DNA of 64,000 bases from Actinomycetota bacterium (GTDB taxonomy: Bacteria; Actinomycetota; Acidimicrobiia; Spongiisociales; UBA11373). The stretch lies in assembly GCA_018821365.1 (NCBI GenBank), contig JAHJML010000174.1, forward strand, positions 10,067 to 74,066. Reading direction: 5' to 3'. The translations under genes and the position numbers were made by a program. Positions 17,626 to 27,285 of this stretch are shown piece after piece; within the stretch, counting starts at the first letter, position 1, and each line of letters opens with the position of its first letter. The notes below the pieces were generated by a model, which saw only the letters and a program-made list of their open reading frames with translations, was not told the DNA's origin and ran no database searches.

Positions 17626-18990
17626 ATGACCGTCCGTCCCCCCACTCGCCGGCCCGAAGAGCGCTTCCCGGGATTCCTCTTCACCCCCGCCAATCGTCCG
17701 TTCACATTGATCCTGGTCGTTGCCGTGGCTGTCCTGGCAGGCTATCTGCTGGTGGGAGGCGACTCGGGATCGACGGCTGCCCCCTCCTCGACCACGGTCG
17801 CCGGGCCGGCGACCAGCACCGCCGAGACGGATTCCACCGCCGGGACCACCCAGGATGCCACCACCACCTCACCGACGGTCGCTCAATCGGGAGTCACCGA
17901 GGCGGCCGACATCCCGCTGCAGGGTCTGGCGCTGGAGACCGTGGCACGGGGGTTCACCTTCCCGGTCTACGCAACCTCGCCGCCCGGCGACGGGAGGGTG
18001 TTCGTTGTGGAACGGGCCGGCCTCATCCGCATCGTCGATCCCGGCGGGAGTGTGCTGCCGAACCCCTTCCTCGACATAAGCGACCGCATCGACAGCGCCA
18101 GCGGTATCGAGTTGGGCCTCCTCGGCCTCGCCTTCCACCCTCAGTACGCCGCCAACGGGCGTTTCTTCGTCTACTACTCGGATCTGAACGCCGACTCGGT
18201 GGTCGCCGAGTTCTCGACGAGCGCCGACCCGAACCTGGCCGATCCGGATTCCGAGCAGGAGATACTGTTCGTGGATCAGGTTCGCCTCCGCCACCGCGGT
18301 GGCATGCTGCTCTTCGGACCCGACGGCTACCTCTACATCGGCCTCGGCGACGGCACCGACCACAACGTGAACCCGCAGAACCTCGAGACCCTGCCGGGCA
18401 GCATCCTCCGCATCGACATCGACGGCGGGGATCCCTATGCGATCCCCGCCACCAACCCCTTCGCATCGGCCGAGGGCAGGCCGGAGATCTGGGCGTACGG
18501 GTTCCGCAATCCGTGGCGGTTCTCCATCGACCCCGTGAGCGGCCGCCTCTACGTCGGAGATGTCGGTGAGGAGTCGTGGGAGGAGATCGATTCCGTCGCT
18601 CTCTCCAACTCGGGGAGCAACTTCGGGTGGCCGCTCATGGAGGGGTCCACCTGCTTCACCGACGCCGAGTGCGGGAGCCGGACCGATCTGGTCCGGCCGA
18701 TCCTGCAGTACCCCCACGAAGGAGACCAGTGCGCGGTCACCGGCGGCTACGTCTACCGGGGGTCGGCGATCCCCGAGATGGTGGGGCACTACTTCTACGC
18801 CGACTGGTGCGCCGGGTGGATCCATTCGTTCCTCTACGACGGCGAGAACGTCACGCTGCCCCAGGATTGGTCGGTCTCGATCGGAACCGACCACGGGTCG
18901 ATCGCCTCGTTCGGCCTCGATGGTGCCGGTGAGTTGCTGGTGGTCACTTCCGACACCGGTGACATCTTCCGGGTGGTCGCGGCCCGTTGA
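17626..18990 (+). CDS. PQQ-dependent sugar (glucose/sorbosone) dehydrogenase family beta-propeller, membrane-anchored
   Basis: N-terminal TM, Ser/Thr-rich linker, then a sGDH-like propeller (GFTFPVYATSPPGDGRVFVVERAGLIRIV..., GFRNPWRFSID). Confidence 0.7.
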   Translation: MTVRPPTRRPEERFPGFLFTPANRPFTLILVVAVAVLAGYLLVGGDSGSTAAPSSTTVAGPATSTAETDSTAGTTQDATTTSPTVAQSGVTEAADIPLQGLALETVARGFTFPVYATSPPGDGRVFVVERAGLIRIVDPGGSVLPNPFLDISDRIDSASGIELGLLGLAFHPQYAANGRFFVYYSDLNADSVVAEFSTSADPNLADPDSEQEILFVDQVRLRHRGGMLLFGPDGYLYIGLGDGTDHNVNPQNLETLPGSILRIDIDGGDPYAIPATNPFASAEGRPEIWAYGFRNPWRFSIDPVSGRLYVGDVGEESWEEIDSVALSNSGSNFGWPLMEGSTCFTDAECGSRTDLVRPILQYPHEGDQCAVTGGYVYRGSAIPEMVGHYFYADWCAGWIHSFLYDGENVTLPQDWSVSIGTDHGSIASFGLDGAGELLVVTSDTGDIFRVVAAR

Positions 18991-20303
18991 TGTCCGGCGG
19001 CGCCTCCCTTCGTCTGATCGGCGACTACGTCGCCCCGATGGACGAGGCACTCTCCGTCCACTCCCCGGGGTTCGTCGATGTCACCGACGGGCGGGTCGCC
19101 GCCTGCGGACCGCTGTCGGGCGCACCCCTGCCTCCCGACGGTGCGGTGGTCTCCAACGTCGGTGGACTGGTGATGCCGGGGATGATCAACGGCCACGCCC
19201 ACTCTGCGATGACGGTGCTGCGGGGTGCCGGGGAAGGGTTGCCGTTGGAGCGGTGGCTCTCGGAGGTCGTATGGCCCCGGGAGGGCCGCCTCGATCCCGA
19301 CGATGTCGAGGTCGGCATGATGATCGGCGCCGCCGAGATGCTCCGCAACGGGGTCACCACCTCCAACGAGATGTACTTCTTCCCCGAAGCGGTGGCCGCC
19401 GGCGTCGCGCGGGCGGGGATGAGGGCCATCGTCGGTATCGCCATCATCGAGGGTTTGGCGCGTTTCGGGACCCCCGAAGCGCAATTGGAGGCCGGCGTGG
19501 CCTTGCGCGAGCGGACCCTGGGCAACCCACTCGTCGAGATCGCCCTCGGGCCCCATTCGGGCTACAACCTCGGCGACGACACGCTCCGGAGCATCCGCGA
19601 CGAGGCCATCGCCCGGGACATGCTGATCCACATCCATGTCGCCGAGACCCCCACGGAAGGGGATGCGGTGACCGCCCGCACCGGCCGGACCGTGCCGGAG
19701 CACCTCGACGATCTCGGCCTCCTCGATGCCAGGGTGCTGGCGGCGCACGGCGTGTGGCTGACCGAGTCCGACATGCGGTTGTTCGCCGCTCGCGGCGTCG
19801 GGGTCGCCCACTGCCCCGGATCGAACGGGAAACTGGCGTCGGGGATCGCCCCCGTGAGATCGATGCGGGCGGCGGGGGTGCCGGTGGCGGTGTCGACCGA
19901 CGGACCCGCCTCCAACGACAACCTCGACGTGCTCGAGGAGGCCCGCCTCGCGCTGCTCTTCGCCCGGTTGCGCGATGGGGACGCCGCGGCACTCGGGGTG
20001 TCCGACGCGCTCCACATGATCACCCGTGAAGCCGCCGCCGCCCTCGGGCGGAACGATCTGGGATCGCTGGAGGAGGGGCGAGCCGCCGATGTCATCCGGA
20101 TCGACCTGGATCGGCCGGAATACGAACCGATTCGCTCCCCCTCCGATGTCCTCGGCCTGCTGGTATGGGCGGGTTCGAGTCGGGACGTGACCGACGTGTG
20201 GGTGGCTGGAGAGCACGTGGTTGATTCCGGGGTGGTCACGACGCTCCCCCTGGACGACATCCGGGCCGCCGGGCGCCGGATCGCCGACCGCATCGCGGGC
20301 TGA
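18987..20303 (+). CDS. metal-dependent amidohydrolase (MTA/SAH deaminase MtaD-like / chlorohydrolase family)
   Basis: ATGA overlap with the upstream stop. Motifs GMINGHAHS, HIHVAET, GVAHCP, STDGPASN. Confidence 0.7.
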   Translation: MMSGGASLRLIGDYVAPMDEALSVHSPGFVDVTDGRVAACGPLSGAPLPPDGAVVSNVGGLVMPGMINGHAHSAMTVLRGAGEGLPLERWLSEVVWPREGRLDPDDVEVGMMIGAAEMLRNGVTTSNEMYFFPEAVAAGVARAGMRAIVGIAIIEGLARFGTPEAQLEAGVALRERTLGNPLVEIALGPHSGYNLGDDTLRSIRDEAIARDMLIHIHVAETPTEGDAVTARTGRTVPEHLDDLGLLDARVLAAHGVWLTESDMRLFAARGVGVAHCPGSNGKLASGIAPVRSMRAAGVPVAVSTDGPASNDNLDVLEEARLALLFARLRDGDAAALGVSDALHMITREAAAALGRNDLGSLEEGRAADVIRIDLDRPEYEPIRSPSDVLGLLVWAGSSRDVTDVWVAGEHVVDSGVVTTLPLDDIRAAGRRIADRIAG

Positions 20304-20371
20304 CCGGGCCGGGGCCGCTGCCCGGGGGGCCCGCACCGGCCGCCCGCCACCGGATCGGGCATACTCCGGCC

Positions 20372-21310
20372 ATGGGTCCCCGGCTGCGCCCCTATCGCGA
20401 CGAGACCGACTATCAGGCCATGCGGGCCCTGCTCCAGGAGGCACTGGTCGCCAATGGCCTCCGGCAGTTCTCCTGGCACGTGAGCCGCCTCGACTACTGG
20501 CGCTGGCACGTGGTGCCCATCGTGGAGGCATTCCACGGATTCGAGGACCAGGTGCTCCTGTGGGAGGAGGGAGACGGACTGGTTGGGTTCGTGGTCCCGG
20601 ATGGCCCCGGCGAGGCTTACCTCAACGTGCTCCCGTGGGCTGCGTCGGCCGGCCTCGATCGGGAGATGCTGGCGGCCGCCGAAGATCACTTGGCCCTCGA
20701 GACCGGCGATGTCCGGCGCATCGTGGCCTGGTCGGATTCCGGCGATCTGCGGCGCCGGGGCGTTCTCACCGCTGCCGGATACGCCCGGCGGGGAGCGGCG
20801 GAGCGTCAGGGCCGCTGCCGGCCATCGCCACAGCCGCTCAGACCGCCACTGCCGCCCGGATTCGCGGTGAGGGCAGTCCGGGTCCCCGACGATCTGGAGG
20901 CCCGCTCGTGGGCTTCCTGGCGGGCCTTTCACCCCAATGACGCCGACGACCGGTATCAGGGCGCCGACTGGTACCTGCCCAACATCACGGCACAACCTCT
21001 CTACCGGCCCGACCTGGACCTGGTGGTGGCGGCCCCCGACGGCCGAGTCGCCTCATTCACGACGATCTGGCTCGACGAGAGAACCAACACCGCCTGTTTC
21101 GAACCGGTCGGCACCGCTCCCGAGTTCCAGCGCCGCGGCTTGGCGATGGCCTTGCTGGCGGAGGGCCTCGCCCGCCTGGCCGCCCTCGGCGTGGAGCGAG
21201 CCTTCGTGGGGGGCTACCGCGAGGCGGCCTGCAGCCTGTACGCCGCCGCCGGGTTCATCGATGCCGATTGGTCCGTACCGTGGCTCAAGGAGTGGGCTCC
21301 GGGCGGGTAG
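20372..21310 (+). CDS. GNAT-family N-acetyltransferase
   Basis: C-terminal acetyl-CoA binding motif QRRGLAMALLAEGLARLAALG. Confidence 0.6.
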   Translation: MGPRLRPYRDETDYQAMRALLQEALVANGLRQFSWHVSRLDYWRWHVVPIVEAFHGFEDQVLLWEEGDGLVGFVVPDGPGEAYLNVLPWAASAGLDREMLAAAEDHLALETGDVRRIVAWSDSGDLRRRGVLTAAGYARRGAAERQGRCRPSPQPLRPPLPPGFAVRAVRVPDDLEARSWASWRAFHPNDADDRYQGADWYLPNITAQPLYRPDLDLVVAAPDGRVASFTTIWLDERTNTACFEPVGTAPEFQRRGLAMALLAEGLARLAALGVERAFVGGYREAACSLYAAAGFIDADWSVPWLKEWAPGG

Positions 21311-21333
21311 GAGCCCACGCCGGGCCCCCGCTC

Positions 21334-22092
21334 TCACCAGAGGAAGGGGATCAGCGCCTTGCGGTCGGCGGGGTAGTCGGGGAAGGTCGCCCGGTACCAC
21401 CTGCGATTGGCGAATGCCCGCGGACCGATGTTGGCCGCCGTGAAGAGCGCAAAGGCCAGGCCGGCCGGCGACCAGGTGGCGAGTGCGTAGCCGAACCACT
21501 CGATGATCTCACCGAAGTAGTTGGGACTGGTGATGCGATCGAACAGCCAGCCACTCGGGATCCGGTAGCCGGTCTCCCCCGGCTTGCGGAGCCCGATCAG
21601 CATCGTGTCCGCCCGATGGTTGATCGCCGAGCCGACGCCAAAGACCGCAGCACCCAGCAGGAAGCGGGGGTCCCAGAGCCACGAGGTCTCGTACTCGCCG
21701 AAATGGGAGATCCAGCGCGCCACCACATAGACGTTGAGGACGTTGAACACGAACGCCATGGCGGCGATCACCAGTGGGATCCGCTTGCCCCGCTCCCGCA
21801 GTCGGAAGGGGAACACCAGCGTGCGATGGAGGTAGTGGAACAGCCACATGCTGCCCAGCACGATCGGTGCCACCTGCCAGGCGCGCTCCCCGAGGGCGTA
21901 GACCGCCATGAACAGCACCACCGAGGGTGACTCCATCAGCACCCACCCGAGCCGGCTCGGGATGGTCGGCCCCCACCCGGTTCGCTGGTGGCGCCCGTAG
22001 GGGGCCGTCACGAACAGGAGAGCCGTGAAGGCGGCTGCTGCGAACCCGATCTCGGTCCAGATGGCGGCGGCGTGGAGGGTGCTCTCAGCCAT
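21334..22092 (-). CDS. 3-oxo-5-alpha-steroid 4-dehydrogenase / DUF1295 family membrane protein
   Basis: C-terminal motif SGWLFDRITSPNYFGEIIEWFGYAL. Start placed at MAESTL to avoid a long overlap with the upstream gene; the track ORF extends to 22209. Confidence 0.55.
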   Translation of the reverse strand: MAESTLHAAAIWTEIGFAAAAFTALLFVTAPYGRHQRTGWGPTIPSRLGWVLMESPSVVLFMAVYALGERAWQVAPIVLGSMWLFHYLHRTLVFPFRLRERGKRIPLVIAAMAFVFNVLNVYVVARWISHFGEYETSWLWDPRFLLGAAVFGVGSAINHRADTMLIGLRKPGETGYRIPSGWLFDRITSPNYFGEIIEWFGYALATWSPAGLAFALFTAANIGPRAFANRRWYRATFPDYPADRKALIPFLW

Positions 22093-23074
22093 GGGCGGCA
22101 TCGAACCAGTCGTAGAGGTCCCGGACCGTCTCTTCGATCGGACGAACCGAGAACCCCAGGTCGCGTTCTGCCAGTCCGTGATCGATACGGCTCGACAATC
22201 CCAGTGCATCCAGGGACTCGGAGGTGTAGAGCGGCTCCACTCCCCGGATCCTGGCGGCGGCTGCGATGAACGGCAGCCCGAGCCGGGCCGTCCAGATCGG
22301 GAGCACGATGCGGGGCGGCCGCACCCCGGTGGCCTTTGCGGCGATCGCCGCCAGTTCGCCGACCGAGAGGTACCGTCCGCCCAGCAGGTAGCTCTGCCCG
22401 CTCTTGCCCCGCCGGGCGGCCCCGATCAGGCCGGCCGCCACGTCCCTGACATCCACGAAGTCGAAACCGCCCCGAACCAGGCTCGGGAGGGTGCGGGCCC
22501 GGAGGCGCAGGAAGAACCGCCCCATCCGCGACGGCTCCCGGTCGTGAGGCCCGATCACGCTGGTGGGATGCACGATGACGGCATCCAATCCCGATGCGAC
22601 GACCTCCCGCACCGCCCGCTCCCCATTGGCCTTGGACCGGTCGTAGGCGGCGTGGAGGGGAGAATCGGAGGGAACCCGGGGGGACGACTCGTCGATCACG
22701 CCGCCGCCGATCGACAGGTCGAACGCATGGATCGACGAGCAGTGCACGAAGCGGCCAACGCCGGCCTCCAGGGCAGCCACCGCCGCGTTGGCGGCCCCCT
22801 CGACGTTCACCCGGCGGACCGTCCCGGTCGGGTCTCCGGTGATGGAGATGACCGCCGCCAGGTGGTACACCACGTCCGCCCCCCGGAACGCCTCCACCAG
22901 GCCGCCGCGATCGAGCACGTCCCCCCGGACCACTTCGACGCCGAGGCCCTCGAAGGCGTCGAGGTTGCGATGGGCGACCGCCCGCACCGTGGTCCCCTCG
23001 TCGAGGAGCGCCGCCATGAGGCCGGCGCCGAGATGTCCGGAGGCTCCGGTGACCACCGCCCTCATGCCGCCCAC
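22085..23074 (-). CDS. NAD-dependent epimerase/dehydratase (extended SDR)
   Basis: GTG start; Rossmann motif VVTGASGHLG; YxxxK (YDRSK). Confidence 0.75.
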   Translation of the reverse strand: MGGMRAVVTGASGHLGAGLMAALLDEGTTVRAVAHRNLDAFEGLGVEVVRGDVLDRGGLVEAFRGADVVYHLAAVISITGDPTGTVRRVNVEGAANAAVAALEAGVGRFVHCSSIHAFDLSIGGGVIDESSPRVPSDSPLHAAYDRSKANGERAVREVVASGLDAVIVHPTSVIGPHDREPSRMGRFFLRLRARTLPSLVRGGFDFVDVRDVAAGLIGAARRGKSGQSYLLGGRYLSVGELAAIAAKATGVRPPRIVLPIWTARLGLPFIAAAARIRGVEPLYTSESLDALGLSSRIDHGLAERDLGFSVRPIEETVRDLYDWFDAAHG

Positions 23075-23377
23075 TCCTCGATACGATCGAGCGCCGACTC
23101 TACCGGGGGGCGGGGCCGGGGCAGCGGGCCTCCGGAGGTTCCGGGATCACCATCCGCGGCGGAATCGGGCTGAGGCCGGCTCACCGGGAGAAGTAGTGGA
23201 GCCCGATCCACAACCAACCGGCGAGGACGGCCACCCGGCCCGAGGCGGTTCGCATCCCCCGGGTGACCAGGGCCCCGAAACTCGGAATGCGGGAGCGCCG
23301 CCGGCGGCTGAGCGCCTCCAGCAGCAGCATGGCGACCGCCAGCCCGGCCCAGATGAGGATGGTGATCTGGCGGTTGC

Positions 23378-24040
23378 TCATCGCTCCACCAGCCACCAAC
23401 CGGCCAACATCCAGAGCGTGAGGGCGATCGCCCGGCTGGGATGTCCGATCACGACCTCGTCGAAGAGGGTGCTCAGGGTGGGGTGATCGAACGAGCCCTC
23501 CAGGCGGGAGGGCTGCAGCAGGAAGTTGACCAACTCGAACACCCCCAGCGCCAGCAGCACTCCGATCCAGAGACCGGCACCTCCGGGATCCAACCGCTCG
23601 GCCGGCGCCTCCCTCCACCGGGTCCGCGAGGCCACTACCAGACCGGTGATGCCGGGGACCAGGATCGCCACGGTCACCGGCCAGGTGTGGCGCTGCAGCC
23701 CGCCGGCCACCACCCCGAAGGCCAGGGCGACCGGGAGGGCGATCCGCCAGCGCCGCCCCCCACGCCGCCGGACTTCCACCCCGGCGGTCTCGACGGCCGC
23801 CCCGGCCCGCGGTGGGACGACCACCACTCCCACGCCGGCCCCGGCGAGCACGAGGCCGTGGATCGGATTGCCGGAGATCCCGTTGAAGAAGCCGGCCAGC
23901 ACCAGGATGCCCACCACGGGGTCGAGCGCCCGGCCCACCCAGGAAGATGCCCGGTCGGAAGGGGGCGCTGCGGAGCCCGGCCGTTCGGCGAGGGTCTTCT
24001 CGTTCATGGGCAGGGATTCTGGCACGCTCCCCGCCGGCAC
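23378..24040 (-). CDS. hypothetical polytopic membrane protein
   Basis: Best of the overlapping frames: hydrophobic helices and no Arg-rich junk. The rival frame 23181-24068 is Arg/Gly-rich. Confidence 0.35.
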   Translation of the reverse strand: MPAGSVPESLPMNEKTLAERPGSAAPPSDRASSWVGRALDPVVGILVLAGFFNGISGNPIHGLVLAGAGVGVVVVPPRAGAAVETAGVEVRRRGGRRWRIALPVALAFGVVAGGLQRHTWPVTVAILVPGITGLVVASRTRWREAPAERLDPGGAGLWIGVLLALGVFELVNFLLQPSRLEGSFDHPTLSTLFDEVVIGHPSRAIALTLWMLAGWWLVER

Positions 24041-24064
24041 ACCAGGGCCGGGCCTGCCACCCGG

Positions 24065-27019
24065 TCAACCCGGCGGCCGCTCCGGGACCAGTTGGATCTG
24101 GATGTAGTCGTCGAGCAGAATCAGTTCCCGGGCCAATGCACCCAGATCGAGAACGGTTGCCTCCTTGGCCCGCTCCTCTTCCGCAAAGATGTCCCCGGGG
24201 TCCTCCGCCGGCCGGAGCAGGTAGAAGATCAGCAGTTCGACGAGGCTCTCATTGCTGAACAGTTCCGATTGGCGGACCAGTTGTTCCTGGGCGATCTGCA
24301 ATTGGCCGGCCGTCGGCCCGTGGTCCCGCAGATCGGTGAGATCGGCGATCACCTCGGCGGCGATCGTGTCGAGATCGTCGGGGTCGGCGCTGATCGTGAC
24401 CGACAGTTCGATCGAAGGCGCCGGGTCGTCGACGACCCGAACCGAGGTCGACGGTGAGTACGTGGCAGAGAGTTGCTCGCGAATCCGCTCGGTGAGCCGC
24501 TGCCGGATCACCAGGTCGAGCAGATCGGCCTCCACCCTGGTGACCGGATCGAGGTCCAGAGCTACCTCCCACAGCAGCGACAGTTGGCCCAACTCCCCGG
24601 CGCCCGACTCGACCGTGAGCTCTGCGATGCCGGCCGCCCGATCGGTGCGGACGTCCTGGTAGGTCTCGCCGCTGCCACCGGAGGGGAGTGAGCCCAGGTA
24701 CCGTTGCGCCAGGTCGGCGGCGGCCGCCGGGTCGAAATCTCCGGTCAGCACGAACACGAAGTCGGCTGCGTCGGCAAACCGCTCCCGGAAGATCTCCAAA
24801 CCCCGGCCGAGATCGAAGGCATCGAGGTCTTCGGGTGAGGGCACCGGGAGGAAGCGGGGGTCGCTCCCGAACCGAGCATCGGCGATCGCCGTGGCGACGG
24901 CGAGGTCGGGGCTGGAGGTGGGGTCCTCGGCGTAGGGCCTGATCTCGTCGATGACGATGCCGAGCCCGATCTCGTCCGCTCTCGGCTGCGTCATGTACAG
25001 GTGGACCAGTTGGAAGAGGGTCTCCAGTTCGCCGGTTGCCCCCCTGGCGAAGATCCCCTCGGTGGTCTCGTCGATGTAGGGCCACACCGAGACGATCCGG
25101 CCGCTCAGGAATCGATCCAGGGCCAACTGGTCGTGCTCCCCCACCCCGCTGACGGTGACCACGTCGCCGATCGTCTGGGCCTCCACGGCGTCCTCCACCG
25201 GCAGTAGCGACCATCCCCCGAAGCTCTCCGCCCCCATCACCACCACGTTCTCGACGATGGTGGTCGGGAACAGGATCACCCGGACTCCGTTGTCCAGGGT
25301 GAGGATGTCGAGGCTGGTGGATGGCAGCGGTTCGGTGCTCCGGATGGCGGCAGGCTCCGGCGCATCCATCAACTGCTCGAAGGTCTCGGTGGTGTCGATG
25401 CGAGGTTCGAGGTTCGCCGACCTCACCCGCTCCAGGATGGCGGCGAGACCGGCCTCGGTGGGCAGATCGGCGGCGTCGTCCTGGGGCCCGACCACGATGA
25501 CCAGCGGCTCGGTCGATTGGATGGCGGCCCGGAAGGTGGCGGTCACCTGATCGACCGTCATCTCGTCGAGCAAGCGCCGCTGGAGGTCGGCCCACGCTGC
25601 GGCGGCATCGATGGGAGCACCACCGAGGTCGTGCTCCACGTAGCGGTCGGCGTACTCGGCGTCCTGGGTGGTGCCGCTTCGCTCGAACTCGAGTTCGACC
25701 CGACTGCGCACGTCGCGGACGGCCCGGTCGAGCTCCTCCCGGCCGAAACCGTGGAGGAGGGCGCGTTCCACCTCTCCGAGGAGCGCCTCGGCGGTGGCCG
25801 CCAGCTCACCGGGCTCGGCGGAGGCCGCCAGGCCGGGGCTGCGTTGGGTGCGGACCAGTGGGTTGGCGGCCGGCGCCGGGTCGAAGTAGGGGGTGCCGCC
25901 CCGGAGAGCGTCCTCCTGCAGCCTGGTCACCAGCATGTCCCACCCCAGAGCGAGTGCCATCTCCTGCCGCAGGGTGCCCACCGTGCCCTGCGGCAGGGCG
26001 GGCATCGGGTAGTTCAACTCGACGAACGATTGCCGGAACTCGGGGTCGGGCAGGATGAAGAACGCCGGGTCGGCGGCCGGCGGCGTGGAGAGGTCGGGCG
26101 GGGGCGGACCCTGCCGGGCGGGGATGTCGCCGAAGATCGACACGATGAGGCCCTCGACCTCCTCCACGTCGAAGTCGCCGACGGCCACGACGGCCATGTT
26201 GTCGGGCCGGTACCACGCCTCGTAGAAGGCCGCCAGTGCCTCCCGGGTGGTGGCTTCGAGGACGTCGGGGCCGGCCAGGGTGTCCTGCCCCTCATACGGC
26301 GTCCCCTGCAGCAGCCTGTCGATGACCCCCTCGAAGTACCGGCCGCTGAAGCTCTGCGAGCGGAGCCGCCACTCCTCGACAAGGACGCCGCGTTCGAGGT
26401 CGACCTCGACGGGGTCGATGGTGGCGGCGGCCGCCCACTCCCGCAGGACGTCGAGGCCGGTCGGCAGCAACTCGGCTCGATCGGTCGGCAAGGTGAGCTC
26501 GTAGACCGTCTCCTCCCAATTGGTGTAGGCGTTGATGTCGGGGCCGAACTCGGAGCCGAACCCCTGCAGCACCCGGATGAGGTCGTTGGCCGGGTACTTG
26601 GCGGTGCCGTTGAAGAGCATGTGCTCGACGAAGTGGGCGGCCCCGCTCTGGCCGGCTCCCTCCTGCACCGATCCGGCCCGCACGACTAGGCGCAGTTGCG
26701 CCCGTGCCCCCGGCCGGTCGTTGGCCCTGATGTAGTAGGTGAGGCCGTTGTCCAGGGCGCCGATGGTGACGCCGGGGTCGATCGTGATCACATCGGCGTC
26801 GTCGGCGTAGACCGGGATCTCGCCGATCGGGCGGGGAGCCATCGTCGTGACCGCAACGGCCGTGGTGGTGGTGGTCTCGCCCGCCGTCGAGGTGGTCGAA
26901 GGAAGGCTCGCCGTAGAGGCCGGCTCCGCCGATGGCGACGTGCACCCGGCGGCGGCCAGGGCGGCCACCAGCAAGCAGATCCTGGCCCTGTTGGCAGCCG
27001 CCTTCGGTCGTGCCCGCAT
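24065..27019 (-). CDS. M16-family zinc metallopeptidase (insulinase/pitrilysin-like), lipoprotein
   Basis: Inverted zinc motif HFVEHMLFNGT (HxxEH). Lipobox ICLLVAALAAAGC; two M16 halves. Start trimmed to ATG 27019 because the track ORF ran into the tRNA. Confidence 0.8.
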   Translation of the reverse strand: MRARPKAAANRARICLLVAALAAAGCTSPSAEPASTASLPSTTSTAGETTTTTAVAVTTMAPRPIGEIPVYADDADVITIDPGVTIGALDNGLTYYIRANDRPGARAQLRLVVRAGSVQEGAGQSGAAHFVEHMLFNGTAKYPANDLIRVLQGFGSEFGPDINAYTNWEETVYELTLPTDRAELLPTGLDVLREWAAAATIDPVEVDLERGVLVEEWRLRSQSFSGRYFEGVIDRLLQGTPYEGQDTLAGPDVLEATTREALAAFYEAWYRPDNMAVVAVGDFDVEEVEGLIVSIFGDIPARQGPPPPDLSTPPAADPAFFILPDPEFRQSFVELNYPMPALPQGTVGTLRQEMALALGWDMLVTRLQEDALRGGTPYFDPAPAANPLVRTQRSPGLAASAEPGELAATAEALLGEVERALLHGFGREELDRAVRDVRSRVELEFERSGTTQDAEYADRYVEHDLGGAPIDAAAAWADLQRRLLDEMTVDQVTATFRAAIQSTEPLVIVVGPQDDAADLPTEAGLAAILERVRSANLEPRIDTTETFEQLMDAPEPAAIRSTEPLPSTSLDILTLDNGVRVILFPTTIVENVVVMGAESFGGWSLLPVEDAVEAQTIGDVVTVSGVGEHDQLALDRFLSGRIVSVWPYIDETTEGIFARGATGELETLFQLVHLYMTQPRADEIGLGIVIDEIRPYAEDPTSSPDLAVATAIADARFGSDPRFLPVPSPEDLDAFDLGRGLEIFRERFADAADFVFVLTGDFDPAAAADLAQRYLGSLPSGGSGETYQDVRTDRAAGIAELTVESGAGELGQLSLLWEVALDLDPVTRVEADLLDLVIRQRLTERIREQLSATYSPSTSVRVVDDPAPSIELSVTISADPDDLDTIAAEVIADLTDLRDHGPTAGQLQIAQEQLVRQSELFSNESLVELLIFYLLRPAEDPGDIFAEEERAKEATVLDLGALARELILLDDYIQIQLVPERPPG

Positions 27020-27124
27020 GCGCCCTCCCGGCGGCCTCGGCTCGTTGGCCGGGATACTAGGCGGAGGGCCTCGGCCTGACGGAAGCGTATGCCCGGCAGG
27101 CTCGTGTCGGCCATGGGCTCGCGA

Positions 27125-27152
27125 GAAGACCCCCTCGCCGAAGGGGGTCTTC
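27125..27152. terminator. perfect hairpin GAAGACCCCC-tcgccgaa-GGGGGTCTTC immediately downstream (minus strand) of tRNA-Leu(GAG)
   Basis: 10-bp perfect stem read directly. Confidence 0.4.
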
Positions 27153-27155
27153 CGT

Positions 27156-27241
27156 GTCGGAGGGGGGACTCGAACCCCCACGCCCGTTATTAGGGCACTA
27201 GGCCCTCAACCTAGCGCGTCTACCAATTCCGCCACTCCGAC
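27156..27241 (-). tRNA. tRNA-Leu (anticodon GAG), type II with long variable arm
   Basis: Reverse complement reads GTCGGAGTGGCGGAATTGGTAGACGCGCTAGGTTGAGGGCCTAG...GGGGGTTCGAGTCCCCCCTCCGACA. Anticodon loop TTGAGGG; GTTCGAGTCC T-loop. Confidence 0.85.
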
Positions 27242-27285
27242 GCGGCGGGGCAGTATACCGCCGCACATGGGGGGTCTCGCGGGCG

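Noticed and set aside
23181-24068. 295-aa minus ORF overlapping the 220-aa membrane-protein frame
   Set aside because: Mostly Arg/Gly/Pro junk. Only its last approx 66 aa (MSNRQITILIWAGLAV…) look protein-like. That may be a separate tiny membrane ORF with an ATGA junction, but I could not support it enough to list as a feature. My base indexing and the track also disagree by 1 nt in this region, so I kept the track coordinates.
24249-26945. Several 120-450 aa ORFs in alternative frames over the M16 peptidase
   Set aside because: Arg/Gly-rich translations with no motifs. The peptidase frame has HxxEH and coherent domains.
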